From Gammaproteobacteria bacterium (GTDB lineage Bacteria > Pseudomonadota > Gammaproteobacteria > JBCCGL01): DNA of 64,000 bases. The stretch covers positions 1,216,001 to 1,280,000 of the forward strand of contig OZ255836.1 in the NCBI GenBank assembly GCA_965277715.1, read 5' to 3'. Shown here piece after piece: positions 45,291 to 54,991 of the stretch. The position numbers and the translations under genes were made by a program. Every line of letters begins with the position of its first letter. Positions within the stretch are counted from its first letter, which is position 1. The notes beneath the pieces were generated by a model. That model worked only from the letters and a program-made list of their open reading frames with translations. It ran no database searches and was not told the origin of the DNA.

Positions 45291-45465
45291 CCTAAATTCC
45301 GCAGTTGAATCGTAGCGAGGGCGTCTCAGGTGCTGAAGATGAAGTGTTTTTACCCGCATTTTAGCCATCCTGTAGTGATTCTACAGGTGAAGCTGAAATG
45401 CTGGTAAAAGCGCTTTAGGTTCAGTGCATCAGGTGCTCGCAGTAGATTCAACTGAGGAATTTAGG
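45291..45465. mobile_element. 175-bp MITE with IS1380/ISEcp1-like ends and 5-bp target duplication (ATAAA)
   Basis: TIRs CCTAAATTCCgCAGTTGAATC / GATTCAACTGaGGAATTTAGG; ATAAA at 45286-45290 and 45466-45470; no transposase. Confidence 0.8.
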
Positions 45466-45488
45466 ATAAATGACAACGGCGCCTCATT

Positions 45489-45526
45489 GGGGTCACGAGG
45501 GAATTCGGAAATTATTGTACGTTAGT
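45489..45526. mobile_element. Tn3-family (Tn21/Tn501-type) 38-bp terminal inverted repeat
   Basis: GGGGTCACGAGGGAATTCGGAAATTATTGTACGTTAGT, directly downstream of the tnpA 3' end. Confidence 0.85.
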
Positions 45527-45840
45527 GAATCGTCAACCTCACTTTAATTCTCGTCATTAGTTCGTAACGGCCTATATTTTCCATCAGCCCACCGCGAAGT
45601 ACCGCTCCAGATATATTACCCGTTACATTAATGTGCTCCCAACCCAATGGAGACAGGTGCGTCAGTAATGCCTCATCAATCTTTTGCCCGCGATCCTTCA
45701 TAGCTTGAATTGCTCTTTCAAGGTATGTCGTATTCCATAGAACTATCGCCGCAATCACTAAATTCAAGCCACTTGCGCGGTAACGCTGTTGCTCAAAACT
45801 TCTGTCTCGGATTTCACCCAACCGATTGAAAAATACGGCT
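45522..45840 (-). pseudogene. tnpA: Tn3-family transposase C-terminal fragment
   Basis: [40 protein letters not shown] is the Tn21-type TnpA C-terminus. Confidence 0.9.
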
Positions 45841-45919
45841 TAAAGAAGGCTTTACAGCAGAGCTGACTATTGCCTAATTACAAGTAAAATCGAAAATGTG
45901 CCTACTTTTTACATATACT

Positions 45920-46057
45920 ATGTACAGACTCGAACAAAACCAAGTTGGGCGAATGCTATACGAAGACCAATCCATACACTCTATTGCGCGACATTTTAAT
46001 GTAGGCGTTGCAACGATTGATCGAATCAAAAAGAACCAAACTGTGGCTGAAAGGTGA
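45920..46057 (+). pseudogene. Resolvase-like C-terminal HTH fragment
   Basis: Manual translation MYRLEQNQVGRMLYEDQSIHSIARHFNVGVATIDRIKKNQTVAER. Confidence 0.55.
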
Positions 46058-46145
46058 AAAAGCAAAATCTTGCCGTTTTGCACAGCTACGTAGGCACACC
46101 GCCCAGTTGGAAAGACCTAGTTACAGTATAGTGATGGTTCTCAAT

Positions 46146-47018
46146 TTACACTGGCATATCATCAAACCAATTAATGATATTTTGTATTGTAGGATCAACT
46201 ATTTTGTTAGGGGTAACAAGGTAGTAGCCGAAATTTTGGTCATCGCCAGTTTGTGAATAAAGAATGGTCACAGCACCCCTATCTATATCATCTTGAATGA
46301 GCATTTTAGCAGTACAAGCTATTCCACAACCTTCTCGCATTGCCGGTAAAATCATGTTACCAGGCAAGAAAATTAACTTAGAAGCACTCTTAGTGTGACG
46401 TCCGCTACTCTTAGCCCAATCCTCTACTTCTGTTGTCCCCAACTCTTGTAACCACGGCAATGATGCCAAGTCTAATTCACTCAAAGTATTTATATCTGGG
46501 AGAATCTTTGTTGCTACTGCAACAACAAACGGGGATTTTTTCCATAGATGTACACTTATATCCTCCCAACTACCATCACCATATCGAACGCCTAGATCAA
46601 CATTATCGGCTTTCAAGTCAGTAAGATTAAAGGAAGGCGTAATCACAAAATCTAGATGTGGAAATTCTTTATGAAGCCTACTCATGCTTAGGATCATCCA
46701 TTCGGCTGCAAAGCTTGGTGTCATGGTTACTGTAATTGTCTGTTTTTTGGATCGACTCAGTACTTTTTGAACTGGGCTATTTAACTGCTGAAAGCAAAGG
46801 TTAAGATCATCGGCCAGCTCTTGTCCAGTTTCTGTAAGGGTTACTACGCCTTGCTTATTGATGACTAACTTGATCCCAAGGTTTTTCTCCAAATTACGCA
46901 CCTGCTGAGAAACTGCTGAATGCGTGACATTTAGACATTTACCTGTTTCCGTAAAACTTTTTTTCCTTGAGAATATTTCAAAAACCATGAGTGATCTGAG
47001 GCTTTGGTGAATTTTCAT
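46146..47018 (-). CDS. GcvA-like LysR regulator (island cargo)
   Basis: SLRSLMVFE..HSAVSQQVR, PSFAAEW, DLGVRYGDG.W; AT-rich codons. Confidence 0.88.
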   Translation of the reverse strand: MKIHQSLRSLMVFEIFSRKKSFTETGKCLNVTHSAVSQQVRNLEKNLGIKLVINKQGVVTLTETGQELADDLNLCFQQLNSPVQKVLSRSKKQTITVTMTPSFAAEWMILSMSRLHKEFPHLDFVITPSFNLTDLKADNVDLGVRYGDGSWEDISVHLWKKSPFVVAVATKILPDINTLSELDLASLPWLQELGTTEVEDWAKSSGRHTKSASKLIFLPGNMILPAMREGCGIACTAKMLIQDDIDRGAVTILYSQTGDDQNFGYYLVTPNKIVDPTIQNIINWFDDMPV

Positions 47019-47117
47019 AGTGTTAGTTTTTCTTACAAGCTCCTATAATTATTTGATTAGGAATGTAACTGTAATACTCTGATAATGATAGCCCCCTGAA
47101 GATAATTGGAGAAAATA

Positions 47118-47816
47118 ATGCCACGAGCTTTTGATGTAATTGTTATAGGATCAGGTGTAATAGGTTTGAGTACTGCTTATCTCCTTTCCAAACGAGGATT
47201 AAAAATTGGGGTTGTAGCTCCACTTGATGATGACCAGGCGACAACAGCTGCAGCTGGTGCAATGATTGACTCATTTGGCGAAATAGAAGAACTAAATTCT
47301 AAGCGGAAAATTTCAAAATTAGACTACGAAGTTAAAGCTCAACGACGGTATTCTTCTTGGCTCGAAGAGTTAGAGGAGGATTCTGACCAGAAGATTTTTT
47401 CACAAAAAGGCATTGTGGTCGTCGCTAACGGTGGCGGAGAGCATGACATCCCGAAAATGAAGCTCATGCGTGAAAAAATGATTGAATACGGCGAAGATTT
47501 TGAAGGGATAGAAGTTTCAGATGTAGTTGGACTACTTCCTAATTACATATATCGCGCTCATGAGGCGTTCCTTTCAAAAACTGGTCGTTGTGTTGATCCC
47601 AGTCAATTGAGTAATGCACTGAAAAAAGAATGTCTTAATTCCCTCAAGACAGAATTTGTGGATGCCCGCGTGCGATCAGTTTCTGAAGCCTCAGCTGGAT
47701 CATGGATGGTTCAGCTTGATATAGGTGAAGCTTTGTTCTCTAGTAAAGTCGTTGTCGGTATATTCAAGCGTAAGTCAACGCAGAAGAGTACAGTAAAAGC
47801 CTTTAATGGATATTAA
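47118..47816 (+). pseudogene. FAD-dependent oxidoreductase (DAO/glycine oxidase-like), probably C-terminally truncated
   Basis: VIGSGVIG, ATTAAAGAM, VDP; about 232 aa, ending just after the KVVV strand. Confidence 0.65.
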
Positions 47817-48729
47817 AAAAGGTCAAACACTTCGCGAAGATGCGTGGCGAGGGATTATACTAATGGGCGTGGCGGCGGCGCTTTTCCCTGTCAAAGATGG
47901 CTTTATTAAATCGCTTTATGGTTCGGTATCCGGTATCGAGGCCGGGCTGATTTATTTTTCAGTCCAGGCAGCTATAGCTTTTTTTTGGCTTCGCTTTCAA
48001 CAGGAACAAAACAGAAAAATAAGTCAACCACTGAAACTATCACCTTTATTGGTGTCTCGCTCAGCTTTTCAGGTATTAGCAATTATATTATTTTTCTATT
48101 CGATTCAGCATGCCCCACTCGCAGAAGCTGTTATTTTGTTTTCATCTAATGCCCTATTTGTAATATTATTTTCCTTCTTATTCTTTCGTGTAAAAACGAA
48201 ATCAAATGTCATAATGACTGCCTTATTTGGTTTTTCCGGGGTTATTATCGTACTTGGGCCGAGCGTTTGGGAATTAGGGGATTTCTATCTTCTTTTTGCT
48301 CTTTCCTCCGCAATCTCGTTTTCAGTTTATCTCATCCTGACAGGGAAGTTAGGAGTGATATACCCACCAAATCAAATGTTACTTGTCGATGGTGTTTCAG
48401 GGGTTTGTCTAATCCTATTCTGTATGCTTGTCTTTAAAGATTTGAACTCTGATATAACACATTATTTTTATCTAAGTGGATATGGTTGGCTCTATCTTAT
48501 TACATCGGGTGTAGTCGGAACTTGCTCTTCACTGTTGGTTATATCGGCTATGAAACTTGCTCCGGCCCCTTTAATCGCTCCGCTGGGCTACATTGAGATA
48601 GTCAGTGCTGCAATTATTGGTGTTTTTATTTTCAATGAAAGTATTCACACATCAACAGTCGTGGGATGCCTCATTATTCTAGCATCGTCATGGTATTCAG
48701 GGCGATTGGCAAGTAAGTTTGGAGCGTAA
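47806..48729 (+). CDS. DMT/EamA family transporter
   Basis: About 10 TM helices, APLAEAV, APLGYIEI, FNE motifs. Confidence 0.88.
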   Translation: MDIKKGQTLREDAWRGIILMGVAAALFPVKDGFIKSLYGSVSGIEAGLIYFSVQAAIAFFWLRFQQEQNRKISQPLKLSPLLVSRSAFQVLAIILFFYSIQHAPLAEAVILFSSNALFVILFSFLFFRVKTKSNVIMTALFGFSGVIIVLGPSVWELGDFYLLFALSSAISFSVYLILTGKLGVIYPPNQMLLVDGVSGVCLILFCMLVFKDLNSDITHYFYLSGYGWLYLITSGVVGTCSSLLVISAMKLAPAPLIAPLGYIEIVSAAIIGVFIFNESIHTSTVVGCLIILASSWYSGRLASKFGA

Positions 48730-48732
48730 ACT

Positions 48733-49461
48733 GTGAAGACAACTACTTTCATAACAGGTGCAAGTTCTGGAATAGGTGTTAAAACGGCAGAATTAGCGTT
48801 GCAACGAGGTAACAACGTTATAGGAATTGACAAAAATCAACCAAAGTTTACGGTTAATGATATAGATAAAAGCTGGGTTTTTTTTCAGGGAAATGTAACT
48901 GATCGTGCATTTGTTCGCTCCTCGATTAATGAGGGGTTTCAGAAATTCGGCTCTATCAATCAATTTTTTAATAATGCTGGTTACCTGGGAAAGCGTATGG
49001 AAATCGCTGACTTCTGCGAAAATGATTGGCAGAACTTGCTTTCTGTAAATTTAACCGGAGCACTAGTCTGTATGGCAGAAGAATTACGTCATTTATTGCA
49101 ATGGGAGGGCGGCTCAATTGTCAATAATGCTTCTGTTTCGGGAATTTCAGGATCTTTCGACTATCCATTGTACTCAGCGGCAAAGCACGGTGTTGTTGGG
49201 TTAACTAAATCATTAGCGAAAAGATACGCGTCACAAAATATTCGTTGCAATGCCATTTGTCCATCCACTGTATTGTCTCCTATGACGGATAAGGAAGCAG
49301 GCGAATATAGTCTGAGCCTTAAAAAAGAAGCCATCAAACACCCACTTAAAAGATTTGCAACCACTGAAGAAATTGCCAGCACTGCATTATGGCTGCTCTC
49401 ATCTGAGGCAAGTTATATTAACGGGCAATGCCTTGCCGTAGACGGCGGTTTATCAATCTGA
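48733..49461 (+). CDS. Short-chain dehydrogenase/reductase
   Basis: TGASSGIG, NNAG, YSAAK, VDGG. Confidence 0.92.
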   Translation: MKTTTFITGASSGIGVKTAELALQRGNNVIGIDKNQPKFTVNDIDKSWVFFQGNVTDRAFVRSSINEGFQKFGSINQFFNNAGYLGKRMEIADFCENDWQNLLSVNLTGALVCMAEELRHLLQWEGGSIVNNASVSGISGSFDYPLYSAAKHGVVGLTKSLAKRYASQNIRCNAICPSTVLSPMTDKEAGEYSLSLKKEAIKHPLKRFATTEEIASTALWLLSSEASYINGQCLAVDGGLSI

Positions 49462-49655
49462 TTAAGGGGTATGAAGTCCACTAGAGGTCCAGTGGAAGAA
49501 CCTTCGAAAATGACGAGTTTGGGTGACCTGCTTATTTATTCTTCATTCCAAAAATGCTGTTTTAAATGGTTCTCCAGTATTTTTGCCATTGCCTCCAGAT
49601 CGATATTTCCATTATTTTTCTTGAAGCTAGGGTTTAGGGGGCAGTGGAACAGAAA

Positions 49656-49844
49656 ACCCAGTTGAAAAATGGCCGAGAAGTCAAAGGCAAGACCTTATTG
49701 CTAACCGCTATTTTGGCAGACGGTATCAATTTGGGTTTGACCAAAATGTCCGAGCCTTGCCCAGGTAGCACTTATTCCAAGCTAGCATGGTTGCAGGCCT
49801 GGCATATCCGAGACGAAACTTATTCATCGGCATTGTTTGAGTAG
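49656..49844 (+). pseudogene. tnpA: Tn3-family transposase internal fragment, on the opposite strand to the C-terminal fragment
   Basis: [47 protein letters not shown] matches Tn21-type TnpA. Confidence 0.88.
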
Positions 49845-49965
49845 CTGCTACATATTTGAGGTAGAGCAACGCAGGAGCAGTTGCCGGGGAGCGGTAGCTT
49901 CGTCTGTGAAAGGATAAAGAAATACGCTAAAGCATCACGAGTGAAACCCACTAAACCACCCAAAT

Positions 49966-49993
49966 AAAAAAGGCTCCGAAAATCCGGAGCCTT
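49966..49993 (-). terminator. Rho-independent terminator of the BMP ABC operon
   Basis: AAGGCTCCG/CGGAGCCTT stem followed by a T-run on the minus strand. Confidence 0.75.
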
Positions 49994-50028
49994 CCAACAA
50001 AACCCATCCAACAATTATTCTTAATTAT

Positions 50029-51129
50029 TTATTTCGGCAGGCTACCCTGCACACCCTCAACATACCAATCCATCTTCGCCAGATCACCATCTGACAGCAC
50101 CTCACCCGCAGGCACCACGACCTCACCCGCCTGGTTTTTTACCGGCCCCTGAAAGGGGTGTAAAGTCCCTGCAACAATACCATTTTTAACCGCATCTGCC
50201 GCCGCCCGTACTTCAGCGGGCACTGCATCACCATAAGGGGCAATACCTACCATACCCGACTTGATACCATCCCAGGTATCGGCGGGTGCCCAACTACCAT
50301 CCACCACCGCTTTGGCACGCGCAACATAGTACGTATCCCAGTCATCAATAATTGCCGTGAGCTGCGCTTTTGGCGCAAATGCCGACATATCCGATGCCTG
50401 TCCAAACCCATAAACACCGCGCTGCTCGGCCACCTGTAACGGTGCGGGCGAATCGGTGTGCTGAGTAATAATATCAGCCCCCTGATCGATCAACGCTTTA
50501 GCGGCATCACCCTCTTTACCGGGGTCGTACCAACTGTTTACCCAGACAATCTTCATTTCGATATCCGGGTTTATTTTTCTCGCCGCGATAGTAAACGCAT
50601 TAATACCCCGGATGACCTCAGGAATAGGGAACGAGGCGATATAACCGACCACACCACTTTTTGACATATACCCGGCAATGGTGCCCAGCACAGCACGGCC
50701 CTCATAGAAACGCGCCGAGTAGGTTGTTACATTATCGCTGCGCTTATAACCCGTGGCGTGCTCGAATTTGACATTTTTGAACTGCTTGGCCACCTTGATC
50801 GTTGGGTTCATATAACCAAATGAGGTGGTGAAAATCAGGTCGTGCCCGGTGCTGGCCAGTTTGCGGATAACCCGCTCGGCATCTGCCCCTTCCGCAACGC
50901 TTTCGACATAGCTGGTACTGACGACATCCTCACCCAGCGCCTTTTCAACCGCCTGGCGGCCAATATCGTGGCGGTATGTCCAGCCGTGATCACCGACCGG
51001 GCCGACGTAGACAAAGCCCACTTTCAATTTTTCAGCGTGGGCAAGCCCCGCGCCCAGCGTAAGCCCCATCGCCAATAGTGATGTGCTCAACACCTTGGCT
51101 AAGGCTATAGATAGTTGCCGTATTTGCAT
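50029..51129 (-). CDS. BMP-family ABC substrate-binding protein (purine/nucleoside)
   Basis: VGFVYVGPVGDHGW, TTSFGY, QHTDS; next to the xdh cluster. Confidence 0.9.
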   Translation of the reverse strand: MQIRQLSIALAKVLSTSLLAMGLTLGAGLAHAEKLKVGFVYVGPVGDHGWTYRHDIGRQAVEKALGEDVVSTSYVESVAEGADAERVIRKLASTGHDLIFTTSFGYMNPTIKVAKQFKNVKFEHATGYKRSDNVTTYSARFYEGRAVLGTIAGYMSKSGVVGYIASFPIPEVIRGINAFTIAARKINPDIEMKIVWVNSWYDPGKEGDAAKALIDQGADIITQHTDSPAPLQVAEQRGVYGFGQASDMSAFAPKAQLTAIIDDWDTYYVARAKAVVDGSWAPADTWDGIKSGMVGIAPYGDAVPAEVRAAADAVKNGIVAGTLHPFQGPVKNQAGEVVVPAGEVLSDGDLAKMDWYVEGVQGSLPK

Positions 51130-51201
51130 TGTATGTACCCCTCGGTAATGGTTCCGCCTGGCGGATAGTTATAGTGGAAACAACCCCAAAGCACTTAGCG
51201 C

Positions 51202-52122
51202 TCAGTTCTCCGGGTGAAATGGTTTGCCGATGCACGCCGGTGCATTCAGCCTGATTTTGTTCCGATCACGCGAGATGATCACCAACACGGCGATAGTAGC
51301 AAGATATGGCAACATCGACATCAGTTGTGATGGCACATCGACCCCCAATGCCTGCCCGTGCAACTGAAAGATGGTAATACCACCAAACAGATAGGCACCG
51401 AAAAATACCCGGGCGGGTCGCCAGGTGGCAAATACCACCAGAGCCAGGGCGATCCAGCCGCGCCCGGCGCTCATGTTTTCGACCCACATCGGTGAATAAG
51501 CCAGCGACAGATAGGCCCCCGCCAAACCGGCCATCGCGCCGCCAAACAGAGTCGCCATGTAACGAATGCGGATAACCGGATAGCCGATGGCGTGGGCGGC
51601 ATTATGCGAATCCCCCACTGCGCGCAAAATTAAACCGGCACGGGTTCGGTAGAGAAACCAGCTCACCAGAAACACCAACAAAAATGAGCAGTAAACTAAA
51701 ATATCGTGCCCAAACAGCAACGGCCCCAGTATTGGAATATCCGCCAAAAAGGGCACGGTTAGCTTTGGCAGACCCTGGTAGGCGACACCGACCAGATCCT
51801 GCCCAATCAGGGCGCTCAGACCAATGCCAAAGATCGTCAGGGCAAGGCCGGTGGCCACCTGGCTGGTTTGTAAATTGAGCACCAACAGGGCAAATATCGT
51901 CGACAATACCATGCCACCCAGTATACCGGCGGCACACGCCAGCACCGCGCTGCCGGTTATATGGACGGTGGCAAATCCGGCGACAGCGCCAGTCAGGATC
52001 ATGCCTTCGACACCGAGGTTGAGTACCCCGGATTTCTCCACGACCAGTTCGCCGAGCGCGGCGAATACCAGTGGTGTGGCGGCGGTAATAATAGTTAACA
52101 GTGCGGGCACCCAGTATTCCAC
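51202..52122 (-). CDS. Nucleoside/purine ABC permease
   Basis: EKSGVLNLGVEG, AGRGWIALA. Confidence 0.9.
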   Translation of the reverse strand: MEYWVPALLTIITAATPLVFAALGELVVEKSGVLNLGVEGMILTGAVAGFATVHITGSAVLACAAGILGGMVLSTIFALLVLNLQTSQVATGLALTIFGIGLSALIGQDLVGVAYQGLPKLTVPFLADIPILGPLLFGHDILVYCSFLLVFLVSWFLYRTRAGLILRAVGDSHNAAHAIGYPVIRIRYMATLFGGAMAGLAGAYLSLAYSPMWVENMSAGRGWIALALVVFATWRPARVFFGAYLFGGITIFQLHGQALGVDVPSQLMSMLPYLATIAVLVIISRDRNKIRLNAPACIGKPFHPEN

Positions 52123-52124
52123 TT

Positions 52125-53204
52125 TTATTCCCCCTGCGCCTGTGCGGGTACACGCCAGGCAATGCGATAGTTGATCAATACATCGCAGGCGAGCAGAAAA
52201 AACAGCAGCATCCCCTGAAATACGCCCGTCACCGCCAACGGTAGATTGAGCTCAATCTGTGCCGTTTCGCCACCGAGGTATGACAGCGCCAACAGTAGAC
52301 CGGCGAATAACACCCCCACAGGGTGTAGGCGGCCAACGAAGGCGACGATAATAGCGGTAAACCCATACCCCGGTGAGATTACCGGCAGCACCTGCCCTAT
52401 CGGCCCGGACACTTCAATAATCCCGGCCAGCCCGGCGGCGGCACCGCCAAACAGCATGGCCACCCAAATCATTTTCTTTTCACTAAAACCGGCGTACTGG
52501 CCCGCTGCGGGTGCCGTGCCAATCACCTTGAGCTGAAACCCGATCAGGGTGCGCGACATTATTATCCAGACACCCAGCACCGCCAGCAGGGCCAGCAGGG
52601 CGCCGAGGTGCAGCCGCGTGCCATCGTAAATTATCGGTAGTATCGCCGCTTCATGGAACAGGCGCGATTCGGGAAAGTTGAAGCCGTCCGGGTCGCGCCA
52701 CGGGCCGTGCACCAGGTAGCTGAGGAACAAAGTGGCAACGTACGTGAGCATCAAACTGGTGAGGATTTCATTGGCATTAAACCGCGTGCGCAGCCAGGCG
52801 GGAATGCCCGCCCACAACATGCCACCGGCAATACCGGCCAATAACATCAACGGCATAACAAACACGCTGTCGACATCATAAAACAGCAGGGCGATACCGC
52901 CCCCCCCGATGCCCCCGAGTGTCAGTTGGCCCTCCGCCCCGATGTTCCACACATTGGTGCGAAAACCAATCGATAGCGCGATGCCGATGAGTACTAACGG
53001 CGTGGCTTTTACGCCCAGTTCGCCAAGCCCATAGACGCTGCTCAGCGGCTCGACAAAGAACGCATACAGGGCCGCCCCCGGCGCCACGCCCATAATGCTG
53101 AACAACACCATCCCGGCCAATAGCGTCAACACCAGGGCCAACACCGGTGTAAGGTAAAACATTAACGACGAGCTCTGCGCCCGCCGAACCAGTTTAAGCG
53201 GCAT
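52125..53204 (-). CDS. Nucleoside/purine ABC permease
   Basis: WNIGAEGQ, NEILTSLM, GYGFTAIIVA. Confidence 0.9.
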   Translation of the reverse strand: MPLKLVRRAQSSSLMFYLTPVLALVLTLLAGMVLFSIMGVAPGAALYAFFVEPLSSVYGLGELGVKATPLVLIGIALSIGFRTNVWNIGAEGQLTLGGIGGGGIALLFYDVDSVFVMPLMLLAGIAGGMLWAGIPAWLRTRFNANEILTSLMLTYVATLFLSYLVHGPWRDPDGFNFPESRLFHEAAILPIIYDGTRLHLGALLALLAVLGVWIIMSRTLIGFQLKVIGTAPAAGQYAGFSEKKMIWVAMLFGGAAAGLAGIIEVSGPIGQVLPVISPGYGFTAIIVAFVGRLHPVGVLFAGLLLALSYLGGETAQIELNLPLAVTGVFQGMLLFFLLACDVLINYRIAWRVPAQAQGE

Positions 53205-54774
53205 GGCTGTCTCCCTCAGTAGTCTTTTGCCCGGTAGTTTTTTCCCTGGGTGCCGATTGATTGGCGCCGCCCATCAATAAACCCAACGCTTCGACCGATA
53301 CCTCAGCCGTCGCCTGCGATGGCGACAGTTCACCCGCGCAGATCGCCGCAATCCGGTCACTGATGGCGATCAGCTCATCGAGGTCCTGGGAGATCAGCAA
53401 TATCGCCGAGCCCTGTTTGGCCAGATCGATAAGCGCCTGGTGAATGGCACTGGCAGCCCCGGCATCGACCCCCCAGGTAGGCTGCGACACGACTAACACA
53501 TCCGGCTGCTGTAAGACCTCGCGGCCAATAATAAATTTTTGCAGATTACCGCCGGACAAGCTCGCCGCTTCGGCTTTACCGCCCGCACATTTCACACCGT
53601 AGTTGTCGATAATTTTCCGGGCAAACGCATCGCGCTCGGCAAACTGAACAAACCCAGAGCGCACCAGGCCCATACGCCGATAGGCGGTGAGAAAGGTGTT
53701 TTCCTCCAGACTCATCACCGGCACGGCGCCGTGCCCCAGGCGCTCTTCCGGCACACAGCACAAACCCAGGTCACGCCGTTGGCTGGCGTTCAAATGGGCA
53801 CTGGGTTTGCCATCTAGCTGCACCACATTGGGGTCGCTACACGTCACCTCCCCACTGAGCGCTTTGAGTAACTCGATCTGCCCATTCCCGGCGACACCCG
53901 CGATACCGAGGATTTCGCCCGCCCGCACATCGAGTGAAATATCTTTCAGGGAGACAGAAAAACTGTCCTCCGATGGCAGGCTCAACCCGCGCACTGACAG
54001 GCGCTGCGCCGTACCTTCGGTGGCCTGCTTTGGCTCCGGGCGTTGCAGTTCACTCCCCATCATCAGTGCCGCGAGCGACTGCGCAGTCTCCTGCTGTGGG
54101 TCGGCTGCGGCGACACGCCTGCCCTGGCGAAGGATAGTGGCACCGCTACACAGGGCCTTGATTTCGTCGAGCTTGTGACTGATATACAGGATCGACATGC
54201 CCTCTGCGGCGAGCCTGCGCAATGTTTGGAATAGTTTGTCGACCTCTTGCGGAGTCAGTACAGACGTCGGTTCGTCCATCACCAACAGTTTGGGGTTTTG
54301 TAAAAGGCAGCGGATGATTTCGATGCGTTGCTGTTCACCGACAGACAGGGTGTGAACGTGCCGCTGTGGATCGAGAGGCAGGCCGTAGTTGCCCGACACC
54401 TCGACGATACGAGTCTCCAGCGTTTTTAGATCGGACTTTTCATCCATGCCCAGCGCAATATTTTCCAGCACGGTGAGGGATTCAAACAGGGAGAAATGCT
54501 GAAACACCATAGCGATGCCCAGACGGCGTGCGGCGGCCGGGTTGGCAACCTCCACCGTCTGGCCCTGCCAGCGCAGGTAACCTGCATCGGCTTTCAATAT
54601 GCCGTAGATAATCTTCACCAGGGTGCTTTTTCCCGCACCGTTCTCCCCTAACAACGCGTGTATTTCGCCCGGCTTGATGGACAAATCGATTGCGTCATTC
54701 GCCAGGCAACCAGGAAAGGATTTACTGATGCCCTGAAGTTGCAGTAAGTCTTGAGTCTCGGATGAAGTTGTCAT
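53194..54774 (-). CDS. Nucleoside/purine ABC ATP-binding protein with two NBDs
   Basis: GENGAGKST, MDEPT, LSGGNLQK. Confidence 0.92.
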   Translation of the reverse strand: MTTSSETQDLLQLQGISKSFPGCLANDAIDLSIKPGEIHALLGENGAGKSTLVKIIYGILKADAGYLRWQGQTVEVANPAAARRLGIAMVFQHFSLFESLTVLENIALGMDEKSDLKTLETRIVEVSGNYGLPLDPQRHVHTLSVGEQQRIEIIRCLLQNPKLLVMDEPTSVLTPQEVDKLFQTLRRLAAEGMSILYISHKLDEIKALCSGATILRQGRRVAAADPQQETAQSLAALMMGSELQRPEPKQATEGTAQRLSVRGLSLPSEDSFSVSLKDISLDVRAGEILGIAGVAGNGQIELLKALSGEVTCSDPNVVQLDGKPSAHLNASQRRDLGLCCVPEERLGHGAVPVMSLEENTFLTAYRRMGLVRSGFVQFAERDAFARKIIDNYGVKCAGGKAEAASLSGGNLQKFIIGREVLQQPDVLVVSQPTWGVDAGAASAIHQALIDLAKQGSAILLISQDLDELIAISDRIAAICAGELSPSQATAEVSVEALGLLMGGANQSAPREKTTGQKTTEGDSHAA

Positions 54775-54812
54775 TCCAATGCAGTGATCATTTTAGTTTG
54801 CCAACGGTTGCC

Positions 54813-54836
54813 TGCAATTTAACCAGTTAAATTGCA
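54813..54836. promoter_or_regulatory. Perfect dyad TGCAATTTAAC-CA-GTTAAATTGCA; candidate operator
   Basis: 11-bp arms with a 2-bp spacer in the divergent promoter region. Confidence 0.55.
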
Positions 54837-54897
54837 AACCGGGTAGTTATTATTTGTTTTACGCCAGAAATCGCCTTGCTTAGCCCTATAAATAAAC

Positions 54898-54913
54898 TTG
54901 ACCAAATGGTCAG
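54898..54913. promoter_or_regulatory. RutR-type operator
   Basis: TTGACCAAATGGTCAG versus RutR consensus TTGACCAnnTGGTCAA; a TetR gene ends the cluster. Confidence 0.75.
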
Positions 54914-54991
54914 CTTTGATTCAAAGTATACGCACAAGCCAAACCTGTGGGCAAGTGCTGCTTTCTTTGAATAACGAACTAATACCACACT

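Noticed and set aside
45291-45465. Long hairpin as an integron attC site
   Set aside because: Ends lack the invariant AAC/GTT triplets and no integrase is nearby; the 5-bp duplication and CCTAAATTCC ends fit an IS1380-type MITE better
49536-49640. Minus-strand orphan fragment [34 protein letters not shown]
   Set aside because: Looks like a gene 3' remnant but no family is recognisable
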